Shown: positions 8,617-18,433, numbered from the stretch's first letter. The stretch: DNA of 64,000 nucleotides from a virus (IMGVR_UViG_3300037065_000037:1540-65539); one strand, 5' to 3'. The notes: generated by a model not told the origin, from the sequence alone. Numbers and translations are program-made.

Positions 8617-10653
8617 ATGCAATCTCTTGGTCTTGATTTTGAAACCTTTTCCGAAGTAGACCTGAAAAAATCAGGCTTGCATAACTATGCCACCAATGAA
8701 TCCACAGGTGTGCATTGCTTCTCTTATGGCCCCGACCCGGAGCAAGTCAAGACTTGGGTGGAAGGTGAGCCCTTCCCCGAGGATCTCAAGGCTCACGTCG
8801 AAGCAGGCGGCATCATCACGGCGTGGAATGCGGCTTTCGAGTGGGCTATCTGGAATCTCTGCTGCGTTCGCAAGTACGGTTGGCTTCCCCTCCCCATCAA
8901 ACAGGTCCGTTGCTCCATGGTGCGGGCCTACGCGATGGCTCTTCCTGGTGCGTTGGAAGACGCCGCGCCGGCGCTCGGAGTAGACCAGCGCAAGGACGCA
9001 GTAGGCCACAGGATCATGCTGCAGTTGGCGAAGCCGAAGAAAGATGGAACGATGTGGCGCCGCACGCCCGAGACTTTGGACAAGTTTCTCGCACTCTACA
9101 GCTACAACAAGCAGGACGTGCGTACCGAACTGGCTTGCCTTGGCCGGTTGATGGACCTGTCTCCGTCCGAGTGGGCTCTGTGGGAGCTGGACCACAAGAT
9201 CAACAACCGTGGCGTGATGTGCGATCTGGAGAGTGTTGACAAGGGCATAGCGATTATCCAGTCTGAGCAGAAGCGGCTGAACGGAGAGATGCTGAGGGTC
9301 ACCGGTGGCGTGGTCGGTTCCTGCACTGAGGTCCAGATGCTTGGCAAGTGGATTGCCTCTCAAGGCGTCGAGATGGATGGCTTGGCCAAGGCTGACGTGC
9401 TGAACGCTTTGGCCAACGATGACGAGGAGTCTGCTTCGTGGGGGGTAATACTTCCTCCGGCGGTACGCCGCGCGCTGGAACTCCGTCAGGAGGCTGCCAA
9501 GTCTTCTACTGCGAAACTGATCGCCATGCGCGACAAAGCGTCGGCAGACGGCCGCATTCGCAATATGCACCAGTTCCACGTGGCATCGACTGGTCGATGG
9601 GCAGGCCGGGGGGTACAAGTCCAGAATCTTCCGCGGCCTCGATTGGGGACAAAGTTTGCGGATGTCGAGGCTATGTTCTCGATGCTCGACGATAAGGAGA
9701 TGCTTGATTTGTTTTACGGGCCGAGCATGACTGCGATTTCCGATTGCATCCGTGGGATGCTGATCGCGGGTGAAGGCAACGAACTGGTGGCCTGTGACTT
9801 CTCTCAGATCGAAGCACGCGCGCTCCCGTGGCTTGCCGGGCAAGACGATGTGCTTGAAGTCTTTCGCACGCACGGCAAAATCTACGAGCACGCGGCGGCG
9901 GGCATCTACCACATCCCGATGGAAGAGGTAAATTGGTTTCAGAGGTTGGTCGGAAAAGTGAGCATTTTGCAACTTGGATATGGCGGAGGAGTCGGGGCTT
10001 TTCAGTCAATGGCTAAGAATTATGGTATCCACGTCCCAGATGAGGAAGCGGACGAGATTAAAACGAACTGGCGCCAAGCGAACAAAAAGACGGTTTCCTA
10101 CTGGTACGCTCTGGAGCGCGCCGCGCTCGATGCGATGCAATCGACTGGCGTGTACGCTGTCGGTCCCGCTGGCCGTCAGGTGAAGTTCCGCAAGGCCGGC
10201 TCGTTCCTGTGGATGTTGTTGCCCAGCGGCCGCGCTCTGTGCTATCCGTACCCAGAGATTCGTACAGTGATGACTCCTTGGGGCGCAGAAAAAGAAGCGC
10301 TCACGTTCATGACTGTCGTTGATCAGACGCAGAGAAAGAAGCTGAAGGTTTTGCCAGATCCTAATTCGAAAGGCAGATGGCAGCGTGTGTCCACGCATGG
10401 CGGGCCGTTAGCTGAGAATGCGACGCAGGGCTTCTGTCGTGATCTTCTGGCTACAGCGATGACCGCGATCGAAGCTGAGGACATTCCCATTGTTTTCCAC
10501 GTTCACGACGAGCCTGTGGCTGAAGTTAAGCAGTTCCGCGCGCAGTACGCGATGGAGCGTATGATCGCGATCATGTCCACAACGCCAAGCTATGCGCCGG
10601 GATTACCATTGGCTGCCGAGGCTTGGCACGGGAAGCGTTATAGGAAGGGGTGA
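8617..10653 (+). CDS. polA: Family A DNA polymerase with 3'-5' exonuclease
   Basis: DFET exo I, STGRW..QNLPR, DFSQIEAR (motif A), K...L..GYG (motif B), HVHDE (motif C). Confidence 0.95.
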   Translation: MQSLGLDFETFSEVDLKKSGLHNYATNESTGVHCFSYGPDPEQVKTWVEGEPFPEDLKAHVEAGGIITAWNAAFEWAIWNLCCVRKYGWLPLPIKQVRCSMVRAYAMALPGALEDAAPALGVDQRKDAVGHRIMLQLAKPKKDGTMWRRTPETLDKFLALYSYNKQDVRTELACLGRLMDLSPSEWALWELDHKINNRGVMCDLESVDKGIAIIQSEQKRLNGEMLRVTGGVVGSCTEVQMLGKWIASQGVEMDGLAKADVLNALANDDEESASWGVILPPAVRRALELRQEAAKSSTAKLIAMRDKASADGRIRNMHQFHVASTGRWAGRGVQVQNLPRPRLGTKFADVEAMFSMLDDKEMLDLFYGPSMTAISDCIRGMLIAGEGNELVACDFSQIEARALPWLAGQDDVLEVFRTHGKIYEHAAAGIYHIPMEEVNWFQRLVGKVSILQLGYGGGVGAFQSMAKNYGIHVPDEEADEIKTNWRQANKKTVSYWYALERAALDAMQSTGVYAVGPAGRQVKFRKAGSFLWMLLPSGRALCYPYPEIRTVMTPWGAEKEALTFMTVVDQTQRKKLKVLPDPNSKGRWQRVSTHGGPLAENATQGFCRDLLATAMTAIEAEDIPIVFHVHDEPVAEVKQFRAQYAMERMIAIMSTTPSYAPGLPLAAEAWHGKRYRKG

Positions 10654-10657
10654 TTTA

Positions 10658-11113
10658 ATGGCTAATTGGAATAAAAGATTTCTTGACATGGCATGTTTGT
10701 TTGCGAGCTGGTCGAAAGATCCTTCTACGAAAGTCGGATGTGTCATTGTGGACGAAGATCATAACCTGCTTTCGGCGGGTTTCAACGGTTTCCCCCGTGG
10801 CGTAGCTGACGACCGTCGCCTGTATGATCGCGAGACAAAGCTGAAGCTGGTGGTCCATGCGGAGGCAAATGCTGTAGCCGCTGCGGCGCGGAATGGGCAC
10901 TCGCTCAAGGGAAGTGTGGCATACATCACTCTGCCGCCATGCGCACAGTGCGCCGCGCTGCTCATTCAAGCCGGTATGTGCCGGGTCGTGTTTCTAAGTG
11001 GAACCAAACCGAGTAAGTGGGAAGCCGACTGGGCATTGGCCCAAGGGCTACTGACCGAAGCTGGCGTTCAATTTGAGGAAAAAGATCATGAAAACAGTTA
11101 TGAGGCCACCTAG
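10658..11113 (+). CDS. dCMP deaminase
   Basis: SKDPSTKVGC, GFNGFPRG, HAEANA, PCAQC. Confidence 0.92.
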   Translation: MANWNKRFLDMACLFASWSKDPSTKVGCVIVDEDHNLLSAGFNGFPRGVADDRRLYDRETKLKLVVHAEANAVAAAARNGHSLKGSVAYITLPPCAQCAALLIQAGMCRVVFLSGTKPSKWEADWALAQGLLTEAGVQFEEKDHENSYEAT

Positions 11114-11540
11114 TCTGGAGCTCCTTGAGAAGAAAGTTCGGGGCTCAAGTGAAGTGGATCGGTATTGGATAGTCCGTGATAATAACAGGAGGGGTTTCAT
11201 CGCTCTCCAGGTTCACGTATCGTATCCCTTTTCGAGAGAGGTAGCAAAGCGATTTATGAATACTTTGAATGGGGTTCCTGTCCCGACTCGTAAACTTGAT
11301 CTTCCTGAGGGGGTGTAGGGCTATGGGTTACAACGATCTAAGTCAATCCACGTTGACGCCGCAGGAGAGACGTCTCGAAGCATCCAAGATTGTGGGCCGA
11401 ATTCAGGACTGCCTGGATCAGATGACTCTAGGCGAACGTAAGTTTGTGGAGTCGATGGGCTGTGACTTCGCGCCTGTTAGCGTGAAACAGTTGTTTTGGT
11501 TGCGGGATCTGAATGAGAAATACTGAAGGAGGGCACAAAG

Positions 11541-12035
11541 ATGAGTTTTAGCGCAAAGAGGTACTCGGAAAAGCATCACGAGATAGCGAAGGCGGCGAAG
11601 AAAGTTTTGTTCATGTGGGAGATGGACAAACGGTATATGGCTGATGTGCGGGATCGCAGCAAGATACAATGCTGCGGGGTCATTTCCAGGGAAAAGGCTC
11701 GCAGGATATGGGCGATCATTCAGGATCGGGACGAAGCTGAAGCTAAGCCATACGAGTTTCTGAACTCTGGATTCCTTGAGTTGATGAACGAGATCGGCCG
11801 CTATGGCGAGGAGAAATACGGTGCCGATAGCTTCCACGCCAGAGCGCAGACCGGGGATCGCTCACGAGGTAGCCTGTTACGGACGCGGAAGGAACAGATT
11901 CTCAATCACGCGCGTCAACACATTACAGACTACGAGAACGGTATTCTGCACGACCATTTTGGCGACGCAAGTCACCAGCTTGCCGCCGCGGCTTTCAATC
12001 TGCTCATGGAATTCTACTTTTCTCAGGGTGAGTAA
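11541..12035 (+). CDS. Protein with C-terminal dATP/dGTP diphosphohydrolase-like (DUF5664) domain
   Basis: GRYGEEKYG..NHARQHI..HQLAAAAFNLL pattern. Confidence 0.55.
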   Translation: MSFSAKRYSEKHHEIAKAAKKVLFMWEMDKRYMADVRDRSKIQCCGVISREKARRIWAIIQDRDEAEAKPYEFLNSGFLELMNEIGRYGEEKYGADSFHARAQTGDRSRGSLLRTRKEQILNHARQHITDYENGILHDHFGDASHQLAAAAFNLLMEFYFSQGE

Positions 12036-14210
12036 GTGTCCTCTTCTCAATTCGAATTCGCGCTGCGTTTGGCTGCCGGTGGATTCCGTATTTTTCCGTG
12101 CATATCCAACTCTAAGTTGCCGGCGGTTAAAGACTACCCGAACGTCGCGACTACGGACCCAGAGCAAATCGAATCCTGGTGGAGAGATCAGCCGGGGAAC
12201 ATTGGAATATCCACCAGTCACTACAGCAGGGATCAAGCCCTAGTGGTTGTGGATGTCGACATAAAGAAGGGCAAGCGCGGAGATCTGAGCCTTCTCAATC
12301 TCGAACTTGAGGGCTTTGAGCTACCCGAGACATTCACGGTTTTAACGCCAAGTGGTGGCTCCCACTTCTACTACCGGACGCCCAAGGCTTTGCGCCAAGG
12401 GACCGACACCCTCGGAAGCGGTATAGACACAAGAAGTCGTGGCGGATATGTCTTGGGACCAGGTAGCGTCATCGATGGCAAAGAATACGTGGTTTCGCAT
12501 CACACTCAGATTGCACTGGCTCCAGACTGGCTAGTCCAGCGCCTCGGCGCGGCCAAGGAGCGCGCTGAGGGGGATACGAAGGCGCTGACGGGCATTGAGC
12601 CGGGCCGAGCGGCGCAGCGGGCCGCTGCGTGGCTGGAATCCTATGCCCCGACAGCGACCGAGGGCGCCGGGGGCGATACCGAGACCTACAAGGTGGCTTT
12701 GCACCTGAAGGACTTGGGCTGCTCGGCCGATCAGGCGATCGAGCTGATGACCTCTTGGAATGAGCGCTGCTCTCCTCCCTGGAACGACGAAGAACTTGAA
12801 ACGAAAGTTCGCAACGCGTTCAAGTATGGAAAAGATCCGCAAGGTGTGGCTGCGCCGGAGGCAATTTTCCCTCCAGTCGAACCCCAGACTGAGGAGCAGG
12901 CTAAACTCCACCCTTTCTATAAGTTGAACGAGAATTTTGCTTTTGTCTTCGCCGGGGGCACAGGCAACATCTTGTGGGAAACGACGGATCGGAAGGCTGA
13001 CTATGCCTTCCACCTGATGAGCAAGCAGTCGTTTCTGGACATGCAGGCCAACAACAAGCTGCAGATCGCAGATAAGCTCAGACCTGTGGCTCCGATGTGG
13101 TTGGAGTGGCCTGAGCGCAGGAGCTTCGACGGTATGGTCTTCGAGCCGGGCTTGGATGCAGGCGCTCGTTGGTTCAATATGTGGAGGGGCTTCGCCGTGA
13201 AGCCGGCCGACACCCCGGATCACCCCATGGTCGAGCGCTGGAAAGAGCATCTGCTTGAGAACATCTGTGGTAACGAGAAGCTATTGGCTGACTGGCTCAC
13301 CGGCTGGTTTGCCCATCTGGTGCAGAAGCCGTACGAGAAGCCATTGGTGGCTGTTGTCTTCCGCGGCGGGAAGGGCACAGGCAAGAATGCACTTGTGGAG
13401 CGTGTCAGCAGATTGCTCGGCGGCCATGCCATGACCACGTCTCGCCGCCGATATTTGGTTGGCAACTTTACCTCGCACTTGCAACGGTGCTTGCTGTTTG
13501 TTCTCGACGAGGCTTTCTGGTCCGGGGATAAGGAAGCGGAAGGCGTGGTCAAGGATCTGGTGACCGGCACAGAGCACCTGATCGAGTTGAAGGGAAAAGA
13601 GTCATTTACGGTTCGGAACCTGACCAGGGTGGTCGTGATCGGCAATGAGGAGTGGCTTGTGCCAGCCAGTGAGGACGAGCGCCGTTGGGCGGTCTTTGAG
13701 GTGGGGGATGGGCGCAAGCAGGATCGCAAGTATTTCGAGGAGATGCGCCTGGGCTTGGACGAGCAAGGAGGCTCGGCTTATCTGCTGCGCTACCTCATGG
13801 ACTACAAGATCACGCAGGACGTGAACCTGGCTCCTAACACGGCGGGCCTTACCTCTCAAAAGATTTCGTCTCTGGAGCCCGTACCACAATGGTGGTACGA
13901 TACATTGTCGGCGGGTACGATCGCCGGCGGCGACTGGGGTGGCGAATGGCCGGATACGATTCCCTCTAATCGGCTGCGGGAGGCTCTTCGCCGTTGGTCT
14001 GGCAATCGGAACATTAAGGGGAGGCTGCCCAACGACGTGGGCTTTGGAAAGATCCTTCGCCAGATGGCGCCAAGCTTTGAGAAGAGGAAGATCGGTGGCG
14101 CGCGGCTGGCAGAGGGTGATACGAGCTACGCCTACTTCAAAGCGCCTCTGGAAACTTTGCGGAAGGAATTTGACAAGTATATAGGGGGTGGCGTGCCGTG
14201 GACGGAATGA
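12036..14210 (+). CDS. Bifunctional primase-polymerase fused to SF3 (DUF5906/D5-like) helicase
   Basis: NIGI..VVDVD..TPSGGSHFYY..IDTR..GGYV Prim-Pol; GGKGTGKN Walker A, LDEA. Confidence 0.9.
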   Translation: MSSSQFEFALRLAAGGFRIFPCISNSKLPAVKDYPNVATTDPEQIESWWRDQPGNIGISTSHYSRDQALVVVDVDIKKGKRGDLSLLNLELEGFELPETFTVLTPSGGSHFYYRTPKALRQGTDTLGSGIDTRSRGGYVLGPGSVIDGKEYVVSHHTQIALAPDWLVQRLGAAKERAEGDTKALTGIEPGRAAQRAAAWLESYAPTATEGAGGDTETYKVALHLKDLGCSADQAIELMTSWNERCSPPWNDEELETKVRNAFKYGKDPQGVAAPEAIFPPVEPQTEEQAKLHPFYKLNENFAFVFAGGTGNILWETTDRKADYAFHLMSKQSFLDMQANNKLQIADKLRPVAPMWLEWPERRSFDGMVFEPGLDAGARWFNMWRGFAVKPADTPDHPMVERWKEHLLENICGNEKLLADWLTGWFAHLVQKPYEKPLVAVVFRGGKGTGKNALVERVSRLLGGHAMTTSRRRYLVGNFTSHLQRCLLFVLDEAFWSGDKEAEGVVKDLVTGTEHLIELKGKESFTVRNLTRVVVIGNEEWLVPASEDERRWAVFEVGDGRKQDRKYFEEMRLGLDEQGGSAYLLRYLMDYKITQDVNLAPNTAGLTSQKISSLEPVPQWWYDTLSAGTIAGGDWGGEWPDTIPSNRLREALRRWSGNRNIKGRLPNDVGFGKILRQMAPSFEKRKIGGARLAEGDTSYAYFKAPLETLRKEFDKYIGGGVPWTE

Positions 14211-14410
14211 GCCGAATCATCACATCCGATCAGCTTGCGGTCCGCTGGCGCACCAGCCGCGGGTACTTGGCAAATCTGAGGAGTCAGGGAAAGGGCTGCC
14301 CTTATGTCAAGCTGGGCCGCCGCGTGGTGTACCGCTTGGCCGACGTAAAGAAGTATGAGCTGGACCGGCGCGTCGCTGCCGAGTTTGTCAGACCAAGAGT
14401 TCGCAATTAA
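14207..14410 (+). CDS. Excisionase-like HTH protein
   Basis: LAVRW..LANLR..G.G.PYVKLGRRVVYR..DV. Confidence 0.8.
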   Translation: MSRIITSDQLAVRWRTSRGYLANLRSQGKGCPYVKLGRRVVYRLADVKKYELDRRVAAEFVRPRVRN

Positions 14411-14430
14411 AGAAAGTTTGCAAATAAGGA

Positions 14431-14459
14431 TTGACAGGATGTAAGAAGAGTGATACAGT
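14431..14459 (+). promoter_or_regulatory. sigma70-type promoter
   Basis: TTGACA-17 nt-TACAGT with TGn extension. Confidence 0.65.
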
Positions 14460-14966
14460 TTGGGAAGTGGAGGGATCAGATTATGAAAATCGAAGATTGC
14501 TCTAGCCTTCCTCCGCCACAGCCGCCGGATCGGCCGGGAATCAGGCCAGCGACGAACTGGCAGAAGGTAGCGGATATGGTCAGACTGATTCAAAAGAAAC
14601 TGGCCGGAGAACGGGTGAAGGCGAAAGGGCAGATCGATGAGCGGATCAACTTTGACAATTCGCAAGGATTCTTCAGGCAAGATCAGGTCTGTGTCTGCAT
14701 CAGGAAAGTACGCGATGGCTTTGTTCAAGGCTATGCAGCCGGTAACGGTTGAACGGGCGGCCAAACAGACGCAAAAGATCGGGGGCAATCGTGCCCGACA
14801 AGAAGATTCATGACTCGACTTGGGATCAGAAGCGGTGTGAGCATCCAGAGCACAACGCGCCAAACATGCTTTACGTGCCTCCCGGCGAAGTTTGGGAGCA
14901 TACTTGTCCGGCGTGTGGCGCCAAGACGTTTATACGTGGATCTGGCGTCTCTCTTTGATTTAAGTT

Positions 14967-15191
14967 TACGACGGCTTGTAGTGTTGGACTATGACTTGTA
15001 TGGGTGGTTCAAAATTGCTTGGAGTCCAGCCGCGGTGACGCGGTGCATATTAGTAGGACTTCTCCAGGGGTAGCCAATCCCGCTTACGCGGCGATAAGGG
15101 CGTCGAGGAATGCGGCAATCAAACATAGCCAAGTGTCCCGGTTCGATCTTGGTTATACCGAACCAAGTTGGTGAAAACCCAACCCGTCGTA
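14967..15191 (+). ncRNA. Candidate tRNA-framed structured ncRNA with pseudoknot
   Basis: TACGACGG/CCGTCGTA closing stem stacked on GTTGG-TGAAAAC-CCAAC T-arm; internal stems and an H-type pseudoknot; no credible ORF. Confidence 0.6.
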
Positions 15192-15197
15192 TCAAGT

Positions 15198-15362
15198 TTG
15201 CAGCCCCTCGGCCCGCCCAGACCGAGCACCAGGCTTCCAGTACAGCTTCAGCGCGGGCCTTTCCCTACTCCACTCACCTCGCGCTGAGGCTTGGAAGTTG
15301 GGCTGCAACGAAGAGGGCCTGAGCTGAGATTATCTGGCGATTCTCCCAGCTTGGGCCTTCTT
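15198..15362 (+). ncRNA. Candidate structured RNA(s): multibranch element plus 16-bp hairpin
   Basis: TTGCAGCCC/GGGCTGCAA, CTCGG/CCGAG, CTTCCA/TGGAAG, AGCTTCAGCGCG/CGCGCTGAGGCT; then AAGAGGGCCTGAGCTG/CAGCTTGGGCCTTCTT. Confidence 0.5.
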
Positions 15363-15400
15363 TGAAACAATTGGGCGCGTTTGGAAGAGAGGAATCGGGA

Positions 15401-15637
15401 ATGATTGTCGATTTGGAGAAAGATCAATTCGTGGCTGACTGCCCGCTTTGTGGGACTGAGGCTAAGTTGCACACAAATAACGATCGGGTGAGCCAAGCTA
15501 GTCGGTCACAGTTTTGGGTAAAATGCGATAACTTGGCTTGCCGTTGCACGACTATCGCGTATGAGTCTTCGCAAGATGCTCTGGCTATGTGGAACCGGCG
15601 TCACATCTGTGGCAGTGACGCGAGCAGAAGCGCTTAG
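15401..15637 (+). CDS. Lar-like (restriction alleviation family) zinc-ribbon protein
   Basis: CPLCG..WVKC...C..ALAMWNRR. Confidence 0.7.
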   Translation: MIVDLEKDQFVADCPLCGTEAKLHTNNDRVSQASRSQFWVKCDNLACRCTTIAYESSQDALAMWNRRHICGSDASRSA

Positions 15638-15639
15638 CC

Positions 15640-15843
15640 GTGCGCCCGGTCAACGATGCGGAAGTTCTAGCCGATCTGGACCAGCACACTGAGGGCTATG
15701 GATCTGGCGCGCGGCTGGCCCGACAGATTGGCATCGATCCCGCTCACTTGCGCGAAGTGAAGTCTGGCCGGCGGCCTATGAATCCAAAAGTGGCCGCGGG
15801 CTTAGGGTGGGAACTAAGGTGGGTTAGGAAGGTGAAGCCATGA
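15640..15843 (+). CDS. XRE-like HTH protein
   Basis: LARQIGIDPAHLREVKSGRR. Confidence 0.7.
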   Translation: MRPVNDAEVLADLDQHTEGYGSGARLARQIGIDPAHLREVKSGRRPMNPKVAAGLGWELRWVRKVKP

Positions 15844-16292
15844 ACTACGCACAAGAGCAGTACATCGAAGCGCGTAAGATGATTTACTACGAGACTGGGA
15901 TCGAGTTGCCTGACAAGAAAATCGACCGCATACTATCCATCTTCTCCACGGTTCCGAAGGTAACACTTGGAGAAGCAAACGAGATGCACGACAGATATCT
16001 GTCTACAAAAAATGGGTTGCATAACGCGTGCGTAGATTTCCTCGATGCGGTCAACGCCGTCCTTGCCAAGCAGGAGCCGGTGATTGCAGCACAGCCAACC
16101 GTCACGCTGCTAGACCCCACCGGAGGCCAGTCTATGGATGTACCGGCCAGCGCGGTGCATGAGATGGAGTACCCGGAGGTCGTCATGTACACGCCTATCG
16201 ATTTTACAGAAACAGACGAGTGCAATATCTGCGGAGCGTGTGTTGCTGACAGGGATAAGCATACTGCGTTCCATGGAAGGGCGGCGCGGTGA
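15840..16292 (+). CDS. Hypothetical protein
   Basis: Coupled to neighbours; C-terminal CxxC..H..H. Confidence 0.55.
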   Translation: MNYAQEQYIEARKMIYYETGIELPDKKIDRILSIFSTVPKVTLGEANEMHDRYLSTKNGLHNACVDFLDAVNAVLAKQEPVIAAQPTVTLLDPTGGQSMDVPASAVHEMEYPEVVMYTPIDFTETDECNICGACVADRDKHTAFHGRAAR

Positions 16293-16609
16293 TGGACAAG
16301 CCAATTCCTGAAGACCTGAAGGATCAGTATAACCGTATTGCTAATAGTTTGCGCTCAGATTGGCGGTGGGCGCTACCACTCTTCGAGCGCATAGGACACT
16401 TGGAGCAGACGGTCGCAAGCCAGCGCAAGTTGCTGGACAAGTACGACGCCGCCAATACCAAGCTCTTGCATGAGAACGCCAAGTATTATCTGAATGGGCG
16501 TAACGAGTACTACAACCGAATGAAGCACGAGCAGCGCGTCAACGCTTCGTTGCGGGGAGTTATCACACGCATGAAACGGAAGGAGAGGGATTCTATCCGC
16601 CATGACTGA
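16289..16609 (+). CDS. Hypothetical coiled-coil protein
   Basis: Overlap coupling on both sides. Confidence 0.55.
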   Translation: MMDKPIPEDLKDQYNRIANSLRSDWRWALPLFERIGHLEQTVASQRKLLDKYDAANTKLLHENAKYYLNGRNEYYNRMKHEQRVNASLRGVITRMKRKERDSIRHD

Positions 16610-16776
16610 GCACTCCATGAAAAGCTACATCCCACTGTCGTCCGCATTTCTCTGCCAGGATTGTAGCAATATCGGCAATGATGCGCTGGTGTGTCCCGCT
16701 TGCGCGTCTACCGTGCTCCTGCCCCTTGCTGGTGTGTTGGGCAGAGAAACGCCCGTGCCGCGGGGTGACGACGGGC

Positions 16777-17043
16777 CTATGGCTGGGCGTCGCGAACCAT
16801 CTGCGCGATTGCGGATTCTATCTTCCCTGACGCCCAACTTGCGGGCCATGGCGCCGCTAGGCACTGAAGTGACAGGACACCAGTGCTCGGACTGAACTGA
16901 TAAGTGACAGTGTACCCTTGAGATGACGCCTGTCCTTCTAGGCCAGTGATGATCACGCCTGTTTTAGCCTTCACTTTTTCTATCAGTGAAGCGTAGATCG
17001 CAGGAGTGATATTCTCAAAAAGCTGTTCTCTGCATAGCGCCAC
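16777..17043 (-). CDS. Hypothetical protein, last gene of the leftward block
   Basis: GAGGTG SD and GTG start. Confidence 0.6.
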   Translation of the reverse strand: MALCREQLFENITPAIYASLIEKVKAKTGVIITGLEGQASSQGYTVTYQFSPSTGVLSLQCLAAPWPASWASGKIESAIAQMVRDAQP

Positions 17044-17054
17044 AATTCACCTCG

Positions 17055-17087
17055 AAAAAACAGGGCCGCTGCAATGAGCGACCCTTG
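17055..17087 (-). terminator. Rho-independent terminator
   Basis: AGGGTCGCT/AGCGGCCCT hairpin followed by GTTTTTT on the minus strand. Confidence 0.6.
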
Positions 17088-17106
17088 TCAAATTTTGTTC
17101 ACTAGT

Positions 17107-17688
17107 TTACACCTTGGCGAATCCGGCGCCGGGGTTATTCTTCACCGCTTCGTTCCAAGCCGCTCTGAAGTCTCCCTCACGCGACCGGCCAAAGCGATGT
17201 TTGATGTTCGCCTTTCCCGCCCACGGACTGCTGGTCGACCGCAGCGCACTCTTCGCGAGTGATGCCGATGTGGTTCCGACATAAGAGTAGATGGCCTCGA
17301 TGCCCGCAATGGCAATAGGCAGGAACTCCGAAATCGTCTGCGTCACGGTTGTTGGGATAGCCGACAGAATCGTGTCAAGCGCCTCAAGCACGGCAATCAG
17401 GCGGGCCTCGGTGGTTGTGCCGGAGAGCAGCGCATTGGCCACGCTGGACACGTCGTTGGCCGCCAGGGTGATCTTGGCCGAGATGGTCGGATAGAGGTCT
17501 GCGGCGGCCGTGGCAATCTGGAGCGCAACCTTGGCTACGGCAGTCGCGTCGTTGGCGATCTGCGTTGTGGTCACCGTGCAGCCGGTCATGGTGACAGCGG
17601 TTGCAGGGACAAACATCGTGGCAAAAATCATCAGCGATGCCATCGTCAGGACTTTCATCTTTTCTGTGAAGCGATCAATCGTGGTCAT
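17107..17688 (-). CDS. Putative lipoprotein in the lysis region
   Basis: Hydrophobic N-terminus ending in MTGC (lipobox-like). Confidence 0.6.
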   Translation of the reverse strand: MTTIDRFTEKMKVLTMASLMIFATMFVPATAVTMTGCTVTTTQIANDATAVAKVALQIATAAADLYPTISAKITLAANDVSSVANALLSGTTTEARLIAVLEALDTILSAIPTTVTQTISEFLPIAIAGIEAIYSYVGTTSASLAKSALRSTSSPWAGKANIKHRFGRSREGDFRAAWNEAVKNNPGAGFAKV

Positions 17689-17720
17689 GTGTTCCTTTCG
17701 TGTGCGCCATCTTGCGGCGG

Positions 17721-18017
17721 TTACTTGTTCAGGCCGAGCGTGTTCGCGCCGTCCACAGGAGGCTTCGCCGGATCATAGGGCTCGCCGTGCAGACCATAGG
17801 GAGTGGCATCCGTGTCACCCGGCAAAGGGCTTTGCTTAAGCAGCGCCAGAACCGGGATGATGGCACCTGTGATGGCAAGCTCCAGAATGTGCAGAGCGCC
17901 GGTCGTAGTGAAGTTGAAAATGGTCGGCGCGACGATCACTGCCGACAGCGCACTAACCGCGCCGCCAATGGCGGCTGCGGCAATGGAATGAAGCCATGCT
18001 TTCACGGTAGTTGACAT
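17721..18017 (-). CDS. Putative holin
   Basis: Two hydrophobic segments, LKQSPLP tail, AGGAG SD, next to the endolysin. Confidence 0.65.
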   Translation of the reverse strand: MSTTVKAWLHSIAAAAIGGAVSALSAVIVAPTIFNFTTTGALHILELAITGAIIPVLALLKQSPLPGDTDATPYGLHGEPYDPAKPPVDGANTLGLNK

Positions 18018-18028
18018 GATTGTTCTCC

Positions 18029-18433
18029 TTACTTCGTCTTGAAAAATGTGTGCGCCCCGATGACGGCGGTCTGTGTCAGTTTTGACCAGTTCCAATCGGG
18101 ATGGCAGACGTGCAGGTTCGCGTACATCGTAGCCCCGCCCGTGGGATCATTATCAGAACCATTGTAAACCGATTCTGCTATCTGCATAGCGTCTTCAAAG
18201 GCAGCGTCCGGTTGCTTGGGCCATTTAATCAGCATAGGATCGCCCGGAGCAGTAATGCTGGAGAACTGAGCCTTGGCTTCGATAACATCTTCCCATTGAA
18301 AAGGAAGGTGCGTAGCCAACACGCGATTGCGGATGACGTGAGCCACGGCCCGCATTCCGGTATGTCCCTGATCTGCCGCCTCTCGCCAAAGCACAAGAGA
18401 AAGCAGCGACTTGAAATAGGCTTCCCAGTTCAT
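18029..18433 (-). CDS. SleB/Hydrolase_2-like cell wall hydrolase (endolysin)
   Basis: WREA..G..AVAHVIRNRV..QFS..DPTGGAT.Y..IGAHTFF. Confidence 0.9.
   Translation of the reverse strand: MNWEAYFKSLLSLVLWREAADQGHTGMRAVAHVIRNRVLATHLPFQWEDVIEAKAQFSSITAPGDPMLIKWPKQPDAAFEDAMQIAESVYNGSDNDPTGGATMYANLHVCHPDWNWSKLTQTAVIGAHTFFKTK

Noticed and set aside
8671-9972. 433-aa antisense ORF within polA
   Set aside because: Typical antisense shadow of a GC3-rich gene; no motifs. The same applies to 37685..38740 opposite the capsid gene.
11541-12035. Z-base or deazaguanine DNA modification pathway suggested by the DUF5664-like gene
   Set aside because: No purZ, dpdA or que genes recognised in the window.
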